Assembly: GCA_027604505.1 (NCBI GenBank)
Contig: JADIIX010000002.1
Coordinates: forward strand, 186,001 to 250,000
Length of the DNA: 64,000 bases
Direction of reading: 5' to 3'
From: Gonapodya sp. JEL0774
Lineage: Eukaryota
Shown one piece after another: positions 1-13,653 of this stretch (position 1 is its first letter; each line of letters opens with the position of its first letter). The translations under genes and the position numbers were made by a program. Below the pieces are notes generated by a model. The model worked only from the letters and a program-made list of their open reading frames with translations. It had not been told where the DNA came from and did no database searches.

Positions 1-196
1 CACCAGAAAACTTACGTTGATTTCTCCTTCATCTGTCGCTTTCGAAGAGGACACCTTTGACATTTCACAATTAATTGTTCAAAGAATTTGCGTGGGAGCA
101 ATTGGCCTGCGAAGCGAAGACGATCACTTCGCATTTCCCCACTGCCTCGGATAGACCTGGTGCGAAAAGCTTATTACAACCCCTATTCAACATAAT

Positions 197-3100
197 CTAA
201 AGCTCGTCTTTTTTCCGCGGTACTAAGGTATTAGCTGCAAGAAGTTCGGCGACCTCATTGTCGTAAACGCTCCATTCGGGTATTTGGCGCTTTGCGCGAT
301 CCAACTTCGGTTCCTTGGTCATGGGGTTGTTGCACTGTTAAAAGAAAAGGTGAATATGGACAAAGATCCTGTTCACTACCCTGAGTAAGCATGATACTTG
401 CCAAGTCGATTGTCTTTGCTGTTTTCAAACTCTCGTCGTCGCACCACGTTTCACACCAAAGCCAATTTTGCGGTAGGGAATAGATTGGAATTTGATCCTG
501 CAGATTGTTGGGCAGATCCTGATCCAGATTGGCCAGACTCTCTGGGTCAGCACTCAGCATTTGGTATTGAGATCGAAGGATGTCACCAGCAGCGGTCTGC
601 CTGAACCGTACTAGATCCACGAGATAAAGCGCACTAATATGATAAGGTCGACCATGAAGATGGTTCGCCCAGTAACCTGTCTTCCAAAACCGGAAACCCT
701 CGGTTTCTTTCCGACTGTCCCCCATGGGTGTGAAGGCATATGCAGCATTCCGGATATCCATATCCATGAGCTCCTGCAAGTCAGTTCGAACGATCTTAAT
801 GAAATGTGGTTAGAACCTCAGCCGATACGGTTTGGAATTCCAGATCCGAACCTGGTCCGCATCGACAAAGATGACTCGCTCTAAACTGAGAGGGAACAAA
901 ACATCCAAAAAAAGTATCTTATACCCCCAAATAGTGCGCTGTTTCTCCGTCTGCTTTCGTAGCCAGTAAGGCCATTTGTATGTCACCAGTTCGTAGTCGA
1001 ATCCATATTTTCTTGACAATACCGGTAGGAAGTTCTGATGCATAAAGTAATGTGAGGGCACTTAACAATAGAAACAGACGGTAGTAACTTACTTTGAAGG
1101 AGGGAGAGAGAAAGTTTTCGATCAGCCAAAATTTCACAGGGCTCTTGGTGTGCCGCATTACACCGGCAAACATAATTGACATAAACCGCTCATAAAGTTG
1201 GCCAGAGGCAACAGAGAAAACGTGTATCGTCGATCGCTTCGTAACGACTGGCATTTCGACCCTTAAATGTCCAATACTTAAGAGTCCTTCTCCAAGACAC
1301 AATCAAGTAGGACTTACGGACGCTTAAACAAGTTTGCAATACTTTCCAAAATGCCACCTTTCTTTTGCTTGGACCCCGATAACTCTCTATCCTTGTCTTC
1401 GGCCAACACATCTTCCATTTCCATTCCCGGTCTCTTGGATAGGCGCACGTAAAGAGTGGCACCTTCCAGGCTTCGAACCACGACGCTACCATGGTAACCA
1501 GCCAATTGCGTTCTTGGATTCTCCTCACTTTTTGGTCTTGCCATCAATTGCCTTGCTTCGTTGCTCACGAGTTCCATCGTGTAAACCTTCGTGGATCTGC
1601 CATCCCGAAGGCGGAGATTCCAAACACCAGGATTGGCTTTGAGTTGGAAGTACCCAAGATTAGCCATTATCATTGTGTCGACGATATGCGGCTGAAACGC
1701 TGTGCCAAGAACCAACTGGGCGCCACGTGGTGGTGAATTTGTCGTGGCATCCCGTGAGTGGCCTGTTACGGATCATCAGGTAGCACATATGGAGACCTCA
1801 ACGCGTGAGCCCAAAATTGGTCCCACCTTCAATCAATATGGCCTTCAACTCAAAGACAGACTCGATTCCCCTCTTACGGCTTGATGAGTCAAGGTTGGCT
1901 AACTTGATGTTGTCTAAGTCATGCATGGACACAATCGGAGTTACGAGCCACCGTTCGGGAGCTGAAATTTCGGAACGACCCATTATAGATTCACGGACAT
2001 TGCGAGACGCAAGAATGCAACTCCGATAATACCATCAAGTCCTAACGTAAGAAGAGTATTTTCTGGAAGTCCACGAAATAAGGCGGAAGGAGAAAGTATG
2101 CGACTACGAACAAAATGGAACAGTGCCAAAATTGAACTGTCGACAGGTGATGCAAGGTGCTCACCCCGATTGAGAGTACCCGATCTGGGAGTTGAAAACG
2201 TATCGATAAAATCTCTTAAGTGGCACCTCCGTGGTTCTAAACGATGGCTCCAATCGAACACTGATATGGACGAGTTCGTTCTCCAACTCGGAGAACTGTC
2301 TTAAAATTGCAGATATCTTTTGGGAATCTGGTGTCAACGGATCTAATATGGCGGAGAAGAAGAACAGGGCTGTGTTGAGGTTTCCAACCTGAAATGCACT
2401 TCGAAGAGGGTACAAATCTTTGAACTGGCAGGCACACTATTTACTTTAACATTGTAACACCCACCCAGATAGTGAGGAGTTGAAAGGCGTTGGGTGAAAT
2501 CCGGTCCTTGACCTCGGCGCTGTGAACAGTCCAGAGTGCAGTTCCCCATGTATCGCTCCAATACTGGCAATGGATGTACAGTGCATGATAATCTCCGACG
2601 CCAAAGGACTTCAAATCATTTAAATACACTGAACTCTTAAACTTCCACTTTGTCAATCAAATCAAGCTCACCCAGACGATTTGAACGATTTTTCATTAAA
2701 CAGTTCAATGATTCGTTTTGACATTGGATAAATGCGGTCCCGTAAATCAATGGACACAGCCAGACCAAGATCTGAGCTTGTTAGAAATTCACCCTTTAGA
2801 AACGGGCCAAAAACCTTGGCAAAGATAAGAAACACATTTGAGGAGCAAGAGTAAATGAATTTCAAGACTAACATGAACGTACTCGGCCGTTAATAATAAT
2901 GGCGTTCACATCGTGTAGAGGGAGTTCATTTTTCAAGAGGAAGGACGTAATGTCACTTTTCTTATTTTTCAAACGAAGTTCTTCTGTCGGTAGCGTTGCT
3001 AACTCAGGGTTCTCAAAGAACGCTGCCAGCATCAACACTGCATCAGCCAAAGCGACAGTTCCACCATCGGCGGTGTCACGCATTGCTAACAAGTACTTTC

Positions 3101-6063
3101 TTAGAACCTCTGCCTGTGTCGAGTTAAAATGACTTGAAATGAGCACACCAACACGGGCGGTCACCGACTCATCGTCGATACAGTGGAGCGCTTCTCGAAG
3201 AAGGTTCACTCCAGACTCATCACTGAAATCCGAGAGAACCCACATAGATGCAAGGTAAGTAGCACTAGGATCTGCGGGCGAAATATGGTCAAAGCGATCT
3301 TGTTCAAGGACATAACACAAGCGTACTTGCCCACCCTTGGCAATGTACACAATACTATGAGCTGGCATTTGATCAGTGTGCACGATACGAACTGTTTCAG
3401 AGCTCAAAAATACATAAGGATTTCTGCGAGGGTGAACGCCGGGAAGTGTCGCGAAGAAGTCGAAAATGTCGGTATTGTCGTCAACCGTCTCATCGTGGAC
3501 TTGTCGCACCAAAAAGTCTATTTGTTGGAAGTAGACTTCAACAATTGACTGACTCCATACCTGAGTGCAAGAGGAAAGAAATAGTCTCACACAGTCCAAA
3601 CCGTGGGCTCAGCTCCACTCACATCATCCATTATCACTGGTCTTCCATTGCAGAACGCAATACCTTCAGTCTTGGATACGCCTAGACGTTGCATGTAGTC
3701 CCGGATCTCGCCAATGCTGTTGTCGAGAGAGCCAAGGAGTTCTTCTACCGGCCGGCTTAAGTCTACTGCTGTCCTGTTTTTCGCCTTTCGGGAGGCTACA
3801 AATGTACTGAAAAGCGGTTTCGCCCGAGTTAGAGTACTGACCGGAGGTTTGGAATCACGGACAGCTTGGCGGACCTTGAGACAACTGTATTCGGTCACGA
3901 TTATCAAAAGGGGATCCACCAAACGCGACTTACTGAGAGGATAAAATCTCTTGCATCCTTCAAGCCATACTCGTCGACAATAAGTTTAATCATTTTTGCC
4001 ATATCCGATGCTTTGATAATGTTTAGGCAAGGGCATGTAAGCAAAATTATCGTAAACGCGCAAGTGCCCCGAAGAACAAGCGCACCTTCCCCTTTCAGGT
4101 CGACGTCTACAGCTGGGACAAAGCCAAACCGAATGGGAACCTCCCCCCGAATGAAATTGAAAACTTGATCCATCGCATCCAGAGAGAAGCCTTGGGTCAT
4201 ATCCAACACCATGATGCAGGAGAACACATTCTTCCTTATATAGCGGAGTTGACCTGGAAAAGAGAATCTCTTCAGCTCTCTGATATGTTTGGGCCACTGA
4301 GCATATCGCCGGTCCTTCTCCAAATCGTTCCACCATAACGGGAGTGAATCTGCGCGAGTATCGAATGAATCACCCCAAGGGAACCTGGACTGATCACCTC
4401 CGCCTTTCTGGTTACTGTAGAGAGGCATTGGTGTGTTCAGGATTTGGATTGCCTCGCGAGCGGAGAAGGAAAATCGAGCGATCGATTCTATGGTCTCTGC
4501 CTCGGTTCTCATGACTCGAAGGAGTCTCGAAATAAGTCGTAATAAATTCTACTGACATAGAAATATTTTGCGAAACATTACACTCACTGATAGGGATCGA
4601 TACTAACAGGATCCAGCTCCACTCCATTCATCTCCAAAGCATTCCAAGCGCCAGCAGGCTGACGCCCTTGAGGGGCTGGATGTACAGTTATTTCCTGTCG
4701 AAGCGTCTCATTCACTGGGAGTTTGGCGATGATGTGAGCGAGCTTCGGAAAGTTCCCAGTGAGCTGCTCCAATGCAGCAAGAGGGGTGGGGTGCTGGAGA
4801 ATGAACTGAGTCGCTTTCAGGCCAAGGTCTTGTGGTGGAAGCAAAGCCGTGAGCTGTCAAAGTGCGAGGACTTCAAGCGATTATAACACGCTGCTACCGC
4901 ACGTACCCGCAAGTGAGGATTCGTCGTCAATTTGAACAATCTGTGGTACTTCTTTGAAGCCTAAAACATCACCCCCTTCGGCCATACTGATGGCAAGGGG
5001 ATCATCGGTTTCATCAAGTATGTCTGGAATTCGTTCATGAAATTATAAGACTCAAACCTGCACTTACTTATTGCATAGAAACTCACCGGAAATAATCTTT
5101 CTATCGTCTATGACTTTGTAGTCAGTTTTTTTGATGGCCAACTCAACACCATAACCACTAAGAACGAGAGGTTCCTGGGCGTGGTGTCCGGGAGGTGGAC
5201 GGTAGCGCAACACGTATGCAAATCGCCCTTCCGAGGATAGCGAAAGCATGCGGGTGTGCAGATCCAAGAAGTCAGGAGATATTATGTCTCCGTACAAAAT
5301 AACATGAGGCAATGAGCTCTGTCCCAAGATATGGTCGAATGGGTAGGTGAGGGGAGTGCTGAAGGCCACCCAGCCCAGGGAGTTTCAACGAAAGATTTCA
5401 CCATTCATGTAAGGCAATGCGAACAGCACCGTGCTGTTCCACAGGGAGCGCACCTCGTGATGACATCTGGACGGCTCCCCACGATCTTGTCAAGTTCATT
5501 TACGGTACATGCCTGTCTGCCACCAACATCCACCCAAGACGCACAATCACTCCTGAATCCATCAGTGTTCACAAACGAAGCTTCTACAATTGATTGATAG
5601 AGATGATAGTAGGCTTGAACAGCGGCAGATTGAGTGTGAAGGGACAGTGCTACCTTGTGGAGAGGCAGGTAAGAGCTGGTTCGAGGAGGATTGAGGTTCT
5701 CGTCCGTAAGCAAGTCGTATATATAATTGTACGCTTCTTCAGAGGCATTCGGATGAGGAGGGTTCTTGGCGACAGCAGACACAGCGAGGAAGTAGGCAGA
5801 CCGGTTTCGCTCAGCAACTAGCTCCCTTTGAGAAGGTGAATTGAATCAATAAGAATTTGAGACTCAGGATCTTTCAAAGGGTAAAACTGCAAAAAATTCA
5901 CGTACAGGGCTTCAAGAATCGGGTGTGGTGCTGGCCACGATGAATGGACCTCTGTTGTCACGGGAGGAGAATCCAGAGCCCATGTGGGAGTCACCGAGCT
6001 CGCTAACACGAGGATTGCGTATACTGTGTTTTGAATGTTCCATCGCCGTCGTCCTTGGGCCAT
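197..6063 (-). CDS. UGGT1: UDP-glucose:glycoprotein glucosyltransferase (multi-exon)
   Basis: N-terminal signal-peptide-like stretch ([15 protein letters not shown]). UGGT motifs [87 protein letters not shown] and WLWCETWC. The last exon ends in KKDEL* (ER retention signal). Confidence 0.96.
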
Positions 6064-6179
6064 TCTCGGGCACTCGATCTTGCTAAACGGTTGGGCCAGA
6101 CTGTGGGTGCGCACTGTGTGAGGGATCAGTTTCTGTGTGAGGGATACGAATCAATTCATTTTTTGGTTTCAAAACTGCG
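6064..6179. promoter_or_regulatory. Putative bidirectional promoter UGGT/CARM1
   Basis: Only 116 bp separate the divergent start codons. Inferred from the geometry alone. Confidence 0.55.
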
Positions 6180-8273
6180 ATGGGCGATTTTTCAGCCCAG
6201 AACCGAGGAAAGCAGAATTCGCACAGTGAAAATGCAGTGAGCGCTTTGGGAGCTCGATAGTAAACCAGTGTTGTACAGCTTCCTGAATACGTTTCCACGT
6301 TTTCAAGAGAGACCCCGCGTACTTTGGGTACTATGCCCAACTCACACATCAGCAAAACAGTGAGTGAATTGAAGTTGCCACCATCGTACAATCTGGACAA
6401 CCCCGCTAACGTATGGACATCAGTGTTGCAGGACACTGTCAGAACTTCGACTTATCACTCTGCAATCGTCGCCAATTCGGCCCTTTTTCTGAACAAGACA
6501 GTTCTTGATGTTGGGGCAGGCTCAGGTGAGGATGTACCACAGGCGATGCCTCTGTCTCCGCCGACTTATAAATCCTCTGCGTGGAACTGGTGGATGAGCA
6601 GGGATCCTCTCGTATTTCTCGGTACAAGCCGGTGCCGCGAAAGTGTACGCAGTAGAGGCTAGCAATATGGCGTTAAAGATGAAGAAGCTTTTAGACCAGA
6701 CGACTGTTAAGGTGAGTTGTTGCAAATTGAGTGGGACAAGTGATATCACGTTCAACGGGAACTATTCGTCACTCCAAACTCTACCCGCAACCAAAGAATA
6801 CGTGGATGCGTGGGAAAGTCAATGTGATTCAGTGTAGGTTTCTACCAAGCCCAAGTGCTCTACGAAGTCGGGAAACCCAGAGCTGTTTCCCACTGACCAG
6901 AACCCACTGTTGCACTCATTCTCAGCCAAGATTGAGGATGCCGACTCTGTCATACCCCCCGTGGATATCATTGTTTCGGAGCCCATTGGGGTTTTGCTCG
7001 TACATGAGCGAATGGTTGAGTCGTTCCTCCTTGCTCGGGACCGATATCTCAAACCAGGTGGAACTCTCTTCCCTTCGTCGGGAACAATATTTTTGGCTCC
7101 GGTAGGTCACTTCGCCTCGAGCATGGAACTGATAAATTTGAATATTCCATATCAGTTCACAGATGCTACCCTCTGGACACAAACCATGGCCAAAGGTTCG
7201 AATGAACGAACCCCCACCATTTTTCTTTTGCCGTGGTCTCATCTTGACATTATTAGTTCGCTTCTGGGAAACAACCAACTTCTATGGCGTGGACTTGAGT
7301 CCACTCGTACGCGATGCCCGAAACGAAGTATTTGGAATGCCCGGTGAGTCAGTAGTATATTTCCGCAAAGTTCGATTTCCTCTTGAACTCAGCTTTTCGA
7401 AATGCCGACGGGAACAATGTTCCAAGTTGTGGGCACGTTCGACCCCCGCACACTCGTCGCACCTTCCTGCTCACATAACATCGACTTTTACACCATAACT
7501 ATTCCACAACTACAGGAATTTATCATTCCCATTCGATGGACGGCCGCATATACCGGAATTCTGCACGGTAAAAGGCCCTGATCCTGATCCGGTGATTTTC
7601 AATACAATTCTCAGTCGATCCACTCCCCTGCAGGAATCGCCAGTTGGTTTGACATACACTTTGCCCCTGGTGCGGGCAGTGTCATCCCCGTTACCTTTAC
7701 TTTGTCCACTGCACCTTCCGCAGAGCGCACGCATTGGCATCAGATACGATTCCTTTTCAAGGGTACGTAGTATTGATTTTCTCAGATGGTTCGTTCACCA
7801 CATATACTTCCATTGCCCGAAGAGCCCCTTGCCGTCAATGCCGGAGAGACCATTCGTGGCTGGTTCCACCTTCGCGTCAACGACATGCGCTCCTATAGGG
7901 TCGAGGCTGAACTTGTCCTTGGGGAGACCGAGGTCCTTTCGGAGCCACAATTCATGGATGCCCGGCGAGGTGCTGGGGACATTCCACAATCACATAGCAG
8001 CCATGGTGGACCTATGAAGAACTCGAGACCACATCCTGCCCGTCGGAGGGACGCATGGGAACTACAGGATCAAACCTACTACTATGGGTTTGATCCCACG
8101 TTTCCCAACGCACAGGAACACCAACCCGAGTATTCGTGCCTGGTGAGTAAAGTTAGCCGCGTTTTTTGTGACAATGTCGCAGTGAGATGCATCCCAAATT
8201 ACAGTATGTCCCAACTGGCGAGGAGGAGGCAGTTAATGGAGATGGGGCCACAGAGATGTCCACTGAGGCTTGA
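6180..8273 (+). CDS. CARM1: Protein arginine methyltransferase, CARM1/PRMT4 type (multi-exon)
   Basis: YFGYYAQLTHQQNMLQDTVRTSTYH, VLDVGAGSG, double-E loop SEPIGVLLVHERMVESFL, CARM1-like FTDATLWTQTMAKVRFWETTNFYGVDLS, THW loop LSTAPSAERTHWHQ. Confidence 0.9.
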
Positions 8274-8354
8274 AGCATTTACAATTCATGTACAGACATA
8301 CATTATTTCTTCGAATCAACACAAACGAGCTAAAAACAAAAAGACCTTATGCTG

Positions 8355-11300
8355 TCAACAGTCATAGCAACCTATGCAAGCCATCTCGTCTCGAACTACC
8401 TCGGCCTTTTTTGTATTGGTTCCGAAATTGAACCACGAATCCCCAATAAAATCCCGTTCCAAAGACTTCTCCAATCTTTCCAAGTCGAAATGACGTAGTT
8501 TGTGCGCAAAGGCATCAATTTTGTCCAAGATTATGGTGTCATCCCCTTCAATCTCAGTAATCTTCATCAACCTGTCGTCCAATGCCTCAAGAGAGGCCAA
8601 CATTGTTCTTAGAGAATTCAAGAGGGCGCGTTTCACAACGGCTGAAGACTCCATTTCGAGTAATAGCAAGAGCCGTGGAAGGTCCAGTTCGAAGAACAGA
8701 GATGTCCCAGTGCGGTGGCATCTGAGAGTTGACGATCCCTCCATTCCGACGCTTTGTAAAAATGGTTCGACATACGAAAACCATAGACAACTGGTGAAAC
8801 TTATTGCACGGATTCGAATTTCAGTGTCTACGTCGTCAAAGAGTTTGATGACGGTTCGTTCCCTTCCACAAGCAAGTGCTGGTCAGACAGTTCACAACAA
8901 GGACCTGACGTGTCTGAGGACTCTTACTTCAAAACTGCAACTCTATCTTCCCGCTGTTCCTCATCGAACTTTTCGCTCGTTTGCATAAATTCGATCAACT
9001 CTGGTTGCAACGGAAGCAACACATTCAGCGTATCCAGGCTCGCCCTTCGTACATACCCTTGCGAATCGCCCATGCCATTCACCAGCAAACAACAAATTGC
9101 TGAGATCGTCGAGGGGTCCAAATCAAGCCATCGGCCAGGAAAAGACGTAAGGGCCTGTGAATATTGCAAGACTCAAATGAATGACAACTGGCCAAAGACC
9201 TGAGAACCAACCGCAAGGACTGCTATCGCGGTCGATTGTACAATTGGATGAGAATCTGCACATTTCGCTAGTATAGCGGTCGGGACTCTTTTCTCGAAAA
9301 GCACATCGCAGATTTTGGACTTGTGGCCGCGTCGCCCCTCCTATCAACAGAGTGAGACTCGTGAGTACACAGTTTTGACAGAACGTGCTCACTTCCTCGA
9401 ACAACAATCGCATGAACTCCAAAGTGTCATCACGAATACTCCAAGGTGCCTCAAACAACGTTGATATCAGAACGTCAGCGATTCTTTCGACAATCACCTT
9501 TTAAGCCAAACAAGAGCTTATCGTAGCAGGCACAAGGATTGCAGATGACTATTCTGAGTGACTGGGAACTCACCGTCTCCGAGTTACACTTCTCCATGCC
9601 AAGCAATTCTCCGATTAACCCCAAGTACGATCCATACAAGTTGTATGAAAGCAATGATTCGTTCAGGTGAGTGACTAACACTTCTAGAACTCTATCAAGG
9701 TCGATTTGATCACTGCCCGACGAGTTTAGAACTGCCATTCGCAAGTTAAGAATGATGCAGTGTCGCAAATCAGCACTGATTACTATCTGCTCCGAGCAGA
9801 GTATTTTCGTCAACCAGGTGATCCGACGATAAGCCTGGACAGTGAACGCAAGTTGGAAATGGGTGGAAGGAGATTAAGAGATTGACAGGAGAATCTCACG
9901 GTGGACGGACTGTCAAAACTTTCCACTACCACATTAGCACAGGCGAAAGCAGATTTGATAAGAGCAGTGATTTGGTCCAATTCATTTTGAAGTACCGCTT
10001 CACACTTGACAACCAGAGCTCTCAATGCAAACGGAACTTCTCAAATACCCAGCGTCACGGAAACCTACGTGTTGGCGAAAAGCATTCACGATGCCATGGA
10101 ATTGATTGTCATCCACCTTTGAATACGGCATTACCTCCGATGAACCAATAATCGTGAAAACAATTTCCATCAGGAACTCCAACAAGGTACAAGCAACTTT
10201 GTGAGCAATAGAAATGCTCGAGTGGAAATAATTTATCCGGCTTGCGATCGATAGAACCAGAAAACTTCTCATCAACCATTGAGAGCTGCTTCCTGAGGTC
10301 CTGTGCAAAAGTAGTTGATTTAACACCAACAACAATTGGTCTAGATTGACAAGTGCCGTTCAGTTTACACTATCCAGCTATGAAGAAGATGTTTGCAATG
10401 CTGACCCGCCTGGGGTTCGGGCTGGAAACCCAAAACCGATGAAGGTGGTTCGATCGAATTGAACAGCCCGACCACCGTGTCACTAGCTCGAGCAGCAATG
10501 ACGCGATCGGGTGAGTCTAGGAGGCCGCAACACCTATCCATCTGCAGGCAGCAGTTGCATTTTTTCGTACAGTTCCGTTACATTTGAACTGAGGGGTTCC
10601 TTCGTTTTCCGACTCGTTGAAACTCACAATCTCACAGTTCCTCAGAAAGTTGAAGCCTTCTTCAGTATTGCACTTCAGGACCGACAGAGACAAGTCTAAT
10701 AGCCCTCTAGTGACCTCTGAGTCTTCAATTCTCGCAATCAGAAAGGTTCCGAAGAGAAAGGAAATTTCCGACAATAGAATTCCAAGGCATGCAAATGATT
10801 CATTGTGGCGATTCATCGCTATTAGACGACCGACAAAGTCACGAGAGGCGGAAGTGATAAGGCTGTTTCCGTCAAACAGGGCAGTTAGGACAACTGCTGG
10901 GGAGAAATTCCACTTGGCGAGCCTACGCCTAAAGTTTTTGTTGTCGATCTTAGGCCGTTTGAGGGGAAATCACACCTCACCGGGAAAATCCGTCCTGGGA
11001 TGAGGCGATGGCCTCGAGAGCTTTGAAAGCAGACGCGCGCACATAATCGTGTTTCGCTTCCAACGACACACAGAGTAAGAAAAGAAAACTGTCATCTTCA
11101 TAAATTAACGATCGTGAATTAGAGCTTCCGGAAGTATTGCAGTTTCGGTCTTTCTGTACAAGGTTTGCGATAATCCGGAGGGCAGCACTGCACACTCGAG
11201 GGTCCGAATGGGAAGCACAAAGCTGCAAGCAAAGCAGTAAGTGTTGAAAGGTGTACGTTGTTTCGAGAGCGTCCCCGTACCTTGAGACGGAACCAAAGTT

Positions 11301-11442
11301 CAGTCTTCACACTGTTACAAGAACCAACAGAATCCACAGTTGTGACGATTTGTTCAAACCATGTATCATCCAGACCGGATGTTGACTTTTGATCGAGGTT
11401 GCAGAGAGTTCCAATAACTGAAGGAGGCGGAAACCCGGGCAT
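8355..11442 (-). CDS. BRAT1: BRAT1-like HEAT/ARM-repeat protein (multi-exon)
   Basis: N-terminal LDDTWFEQI, HEAT motifs DYVRASAFKAL, PWSIRDDTLEF and DSQGYVRRASL, and a C-terminal CIGCYDC*, all resembling BRAT1 family motifs as I recall them. Internal exon boundaries are uncertain. Confidence 0.75.
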
Positions 11443-11598
11443 GTGCAATTTATTTGAAGTCACGCATAATATGAATGCGGTCGGGGCCCCACTAACAAAG
11501 TCTCCAAATGTTTTATTCGCGATTTTGAGTGATTCCTTCTATTAACACTCCCGTTTGTACAAAAATTCCCATGGATTGATAACAACCAAGTGATTCAC

Positions 11599-12892
11599 TC
11601 AGAATCTGTTCACATCGCGGTCTCGTCGCAAAATTTCGTCTTCTAACATCTTGGCAGCAAGCACATCCTTACGTCCCTTTGGATTGTTCAGTATCCGAGT
11701 CAAAATTTGGAGGTTGCTCTTAATTGAACTTTGTCCGCCTTGGACTGCTGGCCCGGAAACTTGCGAAGTTCGAGGCACAATTCGTTGCCATTTTGGTTCC
11801 ATAGGATCGCCGTTGTCATCACGTGGCACAATTTGTCCGTGGAGAGGGCAAATGCGCAAATCCTGGCGAAGACAAAGTCTACCACTTGGAAGTGGAGCTC
11901 GGCACGTCTAAAAGTACCGGTATTACTTGTGAATGGAATAGTGAGGGGTTTCAGACAGCGTACCCACAGGATGGTCAACTGAGACTTCAGTGGACTCCAA
12001 TTTCATCCTCCGTTTCTTCAATGCGGCAAGCGTCTCTGCAGATATCTCATGGTCGTCTTCAATCTCTCCTAAGAATCTGTGAGCACGTTTTAAACCACTT
12101 TGATTGAAAGTCATCGACATAGTGTCCCAGTAGGTTAAGTCTACGCCGTACTCCACAACAGGAGCTGTGCCCAGCAGTTCTAAGTCGGTGGCGTCAATTT
12201 ATGCTGGGTCGAGAACTATGACGTGTCAGTCATTCACCTGCACGCTTCGCATCAAAAGTTTCTGTCGGGACAGGTTCTACTGTGTCCCTGGACTGCAAAC
12301 GCGGAGTTGTTCGACTCATCTGTAAAAGGTTATCAGGAGTGGTGGGATCAAATATTGGAATCGCTGGAGATGCTGGCGCTGTGCTTGTTTCTAGTCGATG
12401 AGAGTGAGAAGTCGTCGACGGCAAAGGTGAAGGAGGAGTTGAGGGTGGTGCATTTTGCGTATTCTGTCTTGGTGGGATGCTCGTAAGGAGGAAGCCCGGG
12501 TATGCCCTCCCAAAATCCGAGCAAAGTTTCTCGAAGACCTCTCTGGCACGGTTTTGAAGCTGAAATGTTGCAGCGACATGATGCAAGTCCGAGGCCACAA
12601 CAGTCATTTCCACCCAGTAACGGAGATCGCGCTCGATCAACGACCGAAATACATGTGACCGAGGTAGAAGCACTTCCGCCATTGCAATAACCGATTCGCG
12701 AGTCTGTGCAGATGGACTCCCGAGTTCCTTGGATAGAGAAGTGTACGTTTCCCTGACCAGCAGTTCCGAGCTCTTACAGGTCCGTTTAAGCTCCGCTAGC
12801 AATTGGGCACGCTCAGATTCCGAGCATTTGATGAGCTTTCCAACAATATTTGCTGCCTTTCCGGACTCGGGCGAGGAATTCTTCGGGGGCAT
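11599..12892 (-). CDS. UVSSA: UV-stimulated scaffold protein A (3 exons, about 395 aa)
   Basis: VHS-like N-terminus (LKRTCKSS...[11 protein letters not shown]), [17 protein letters not shown], and the zinc finger [34 protein letters not shown]. Confidence 0.9.
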
Positions 12893-13105
12893 CAGGGTTC
12901 GGGCAAGTTTATGATGGAAACCCCCTGCTTCAATTGACCTTTAAAACGTGATTTGGGGGGGATTTGCTGAATTAGCAAGACCCATCAGAGAACATCTGAT
13001 TCGTGGGTCTGGGCAAATCACATACATATTTCCCTTCGCATGATTCACAGTTTTGGCTCCCGCGCTTCATCCATGTGTGTACTATTCGGTATATAAACTT
13101 CTTTA

Positions 13106-13562
13106 CTATGAGTCGAGCCATGCTTTGAACTCAGTCTCTCGCAGTACATTGGCGGCCCTCTCTGACAATTCCGACATTTTTGAAAAATTTGTCACACCTT
13201 TCATCTCGTTCACAGATTCCGATGCATCTGAGAGAACACTATTGACTATATCCAGATTTGACGAAGACTTCATGAGGTCATCCTGGCTTGCACCGATTTT
13301 CGTGTTATTTGATTCAGATGCATTTGCGGGAACAAACTCGAACCTGTAACTGGACCAGCTCTGGGACTTTGCGCAGTCCATGTTCCTGCACACGGTACAT
13401 TCCAACTGCCGCTTCGTTCAAAAGAGCGGCGGGCAAGGTTGCAACATCGACTGCGACTGTATTTTACGAGAGTCGCCCAAATCAACAGCATTTACCTCAA
13501 AGAAACCCATCGTCGCCAACGTACACACCTTTTTGCGCGCGTAACTTAGTAGTTTGATCCAT
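13106..13562 (-). CDS. BORCS8: BLOC-one-related complex subunit 8 (3 exons)
   Basis: Spliced product MDQTTKLRAQK/DVATLPAALLNEAAVGMYRVQEHGLRKVPELVQLQ/DDLMKSS... matches the BORCS8 NEPSxxLYRxQEHxxxxxPEL pattern. Short helical protein. Confidence 0.8.
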
Positions 13563-13653
13563 TGGTTTTCTTTTGAGTTGTAATAATACCCATGTCATCC
13601 TCCGTGACAGGCGTGGGCCGAAAAACTGCCTGTTTCGATACAATCTGAAATCA

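Noticed and set aside
1485..1498. RFX X-box-like palindrome GCTACCATGGTAAC
   Set aside because: It lies within a UGGT coding exon far from any start, so it is likely chance.
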